Of a DNA stretch of 64,000 nt, positions 62,873 to 64,000 are shown one piece after another (the first letter of the stretch is position 1; each line of letters opens with the position of its first letter). The notes under the pieces are model-generated. The model made no database searches, was not told the DNA's origin, and saw nothing but the letters and a program-made list of their open reading frames with translations. The position numbers and the translations under genes were made by a program. Source of the stretch: Candidatus Poribacteria bacterium (GTDB lineage Bacteria > Poribacteria > WGA-4E > PCPOR2b); assembly GCA_965215015.1 (NCBI GenBank), contig OZ244042.1, forward strand, positions 2,176,001 to 2,240,000, given 5' to 3'.

Positions 62873-63742
62873 ATGAAAACAGTTGGTTTCTTCGTTAATA
62901 CTGCTAAACCCCACGCGTTACAAGTCGCCACGGAGGCTTGTGATTGGCTCCGAAAACACGGGGCAAAACCGCTGGTTCCTGACCCGGAGGCTGCGCTGCT
63001 TGGTCTGGCAGGTGCAGGTTGTAATCGGCGTGAAGTGGCATCACAATCTGACCTGTTATTGGTCCTCGGCGGCGATGGTACGCTACTTGACGCTGCGCAT
63101 ATACCCGAAATCGAGAAGGTCCCAATCCTCGCTGTGAATCTCGGGAGCCTCGGTTTCCTCACTGATGTTCCCCGGGACCAGCTTTATGCTGCCTTGACCA
63201 ATGTTTTTAACGGTGACTACAAAATTGATCAGCGGATGATGTTGGAGGTCAGTGTCGATAATCACGAGCAAGAGTTTTCTAACTCTTTTGCTCTCAATGA
63301 TGTTGTGATTCGGCACTATACGCAACTCATCGAATTGGAGACCTACATTGATGGCGAACCGTTCGTCACCTACAACGCTGATGGACTTATTATTGCCACA
63401 TCAAGCGGCTCAACTGCCTATTCCTTGGCGTGTGGGGGACCAATCGTTGAACCGCATCTCAACGCAATTCTCCTGACACCGATTTCGCCCCATTCATTGA
63501 CCATGCGCCCTTTTATCGCCCACGGGGATTCAGAAATTACGGTGGTTATGCAATCCCATTATAGCAGCGTCAACCTGCTTGTTGATGGTCCCCGTGAGAC
63601 ACACGCGGTTGCCCCAAATTCCCTAATTCGTGTGCGTAAAGCGGATAAGACAATTCAACTGATTCGTTCTCAACACCATAGCAATTACGAAGTTTTACAA
63701 ACGAAATTAATGTTGGGAGAAGGAACGAAGCGAAAAACATGA
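62873..63742 (+). CDS. nadK: NAD kinase
   Basis: LGGDGTLL, NLGSLGFL, ALND and DGLIIAT..GSTAYSL motifs. Confidence 0.96.
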   Translation: MKTVGFFVNTAKPHALQVATEACDWLRKHGAKPLVPDPEAALLGLAGAGCNRREVASQSDLLLVLGGDGTLLDAAHIPEIEKVPILAVNLGSLGFLTDVPRDQLYAALTNVFNGDYKIDQRMMLEVSVDNHEQEFSNSFALNDVVIRHYTQLIELETYIDGEPFVTYNADGLIIATSSGSTAYSLACGGPIVEPHLNAILLTPISPHSLTMRPFIAHGDSEITVVMQSHYSSVNLLVDGPRETHAVAPNSLIRVRKADKTIQLIRSQHHSNYEVLQTKLMLGEGTKRKT

Positions 63743-63820
63743 TTGGTTCATTAATTCACTAGTGCATTAATGAATCAATGTAATGAACTAACGGTGTTGA
63801 GTCGTTAATTCAATATTGCC

Positions 63821-64000
63821 ATGATTGAAGAACTTTACATAAGCAATGTTGCCCTTATTGATGAGCTTCAGCTGGAGTTTTCCTCCGGGCTCAATATCTT
63901 CACCGGGGAAACGGGTGCCGGTAAATCTGTAATCTTAAACGCTGTGGGGCTTGCACTCGGTGAACGCAGCACCTCTGGAATCGTAAGAGATGGGGCGACT
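63821..64000 (+). CDS. recN: DNA repair protein RecN (5' part only)
   Basis: MIEELYISNVALIDELQLEFSSGLNIFTGETGAGKS; follows nadK. Confidence 0.93.
   Translation, partial: MIEELYISNVALIDELQLEFSSGLNIFTGETGAGKSVILNAVGLALGERSTSGIVRDGAT

Noticed and set aside
63741-63790. TTCATT(A/G)G-type 8-mer runs (also 41835-41875 and 46530; TTCTAATC x3 at 21101)
   Set aside because: Low-complexity intergenic microsatellite-like repeats with no further structure.
1-64000. tRNA, rRNA, cas genes, prophage
   Set aside because: None recognised by eye; a tRNAscan/Infernal run would be needed to exclude small RNAs.

Overview
Bacterial chromosomal window, about 50% GC. The gene repertoire (PhyH and PhyH-HEAT proteins, many Gfo/Idh/MocA and 2-hydroxyacid dehydrogenases, GTAG-type REP-like palindromes) resembles Candidatus Poribacteria; this is an inference. 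Housekeeping genes: nrdR-nrdJ, an EF-G paralog, smc, queG, rpoB-rpoC, tyrS, surE, nadK and a partial recN. The window also has a long catabolic/transport block, one IS4-like element, an orphan C5 DNA methyltransferase and several pseudogene remnants. The most striking feature is rpoB. It reads through its normal C-terminus into a 54-bp tandem-repeat linker and a ~170-aa PD-(D/E)XK-like domain. A second, roughly 85-90% identical copy of that module, including ~80 bp of 3' non-coding DNA, lies 10.35 kb upstream, fused to a TPR N-terminus. The two copies differ mostly by amino-acid-changing substitutions. RpoB also carries a recent nested 183-bp duplication and a ~75-aa insert, and RpoC has a Cys-rich N-terminal insert.
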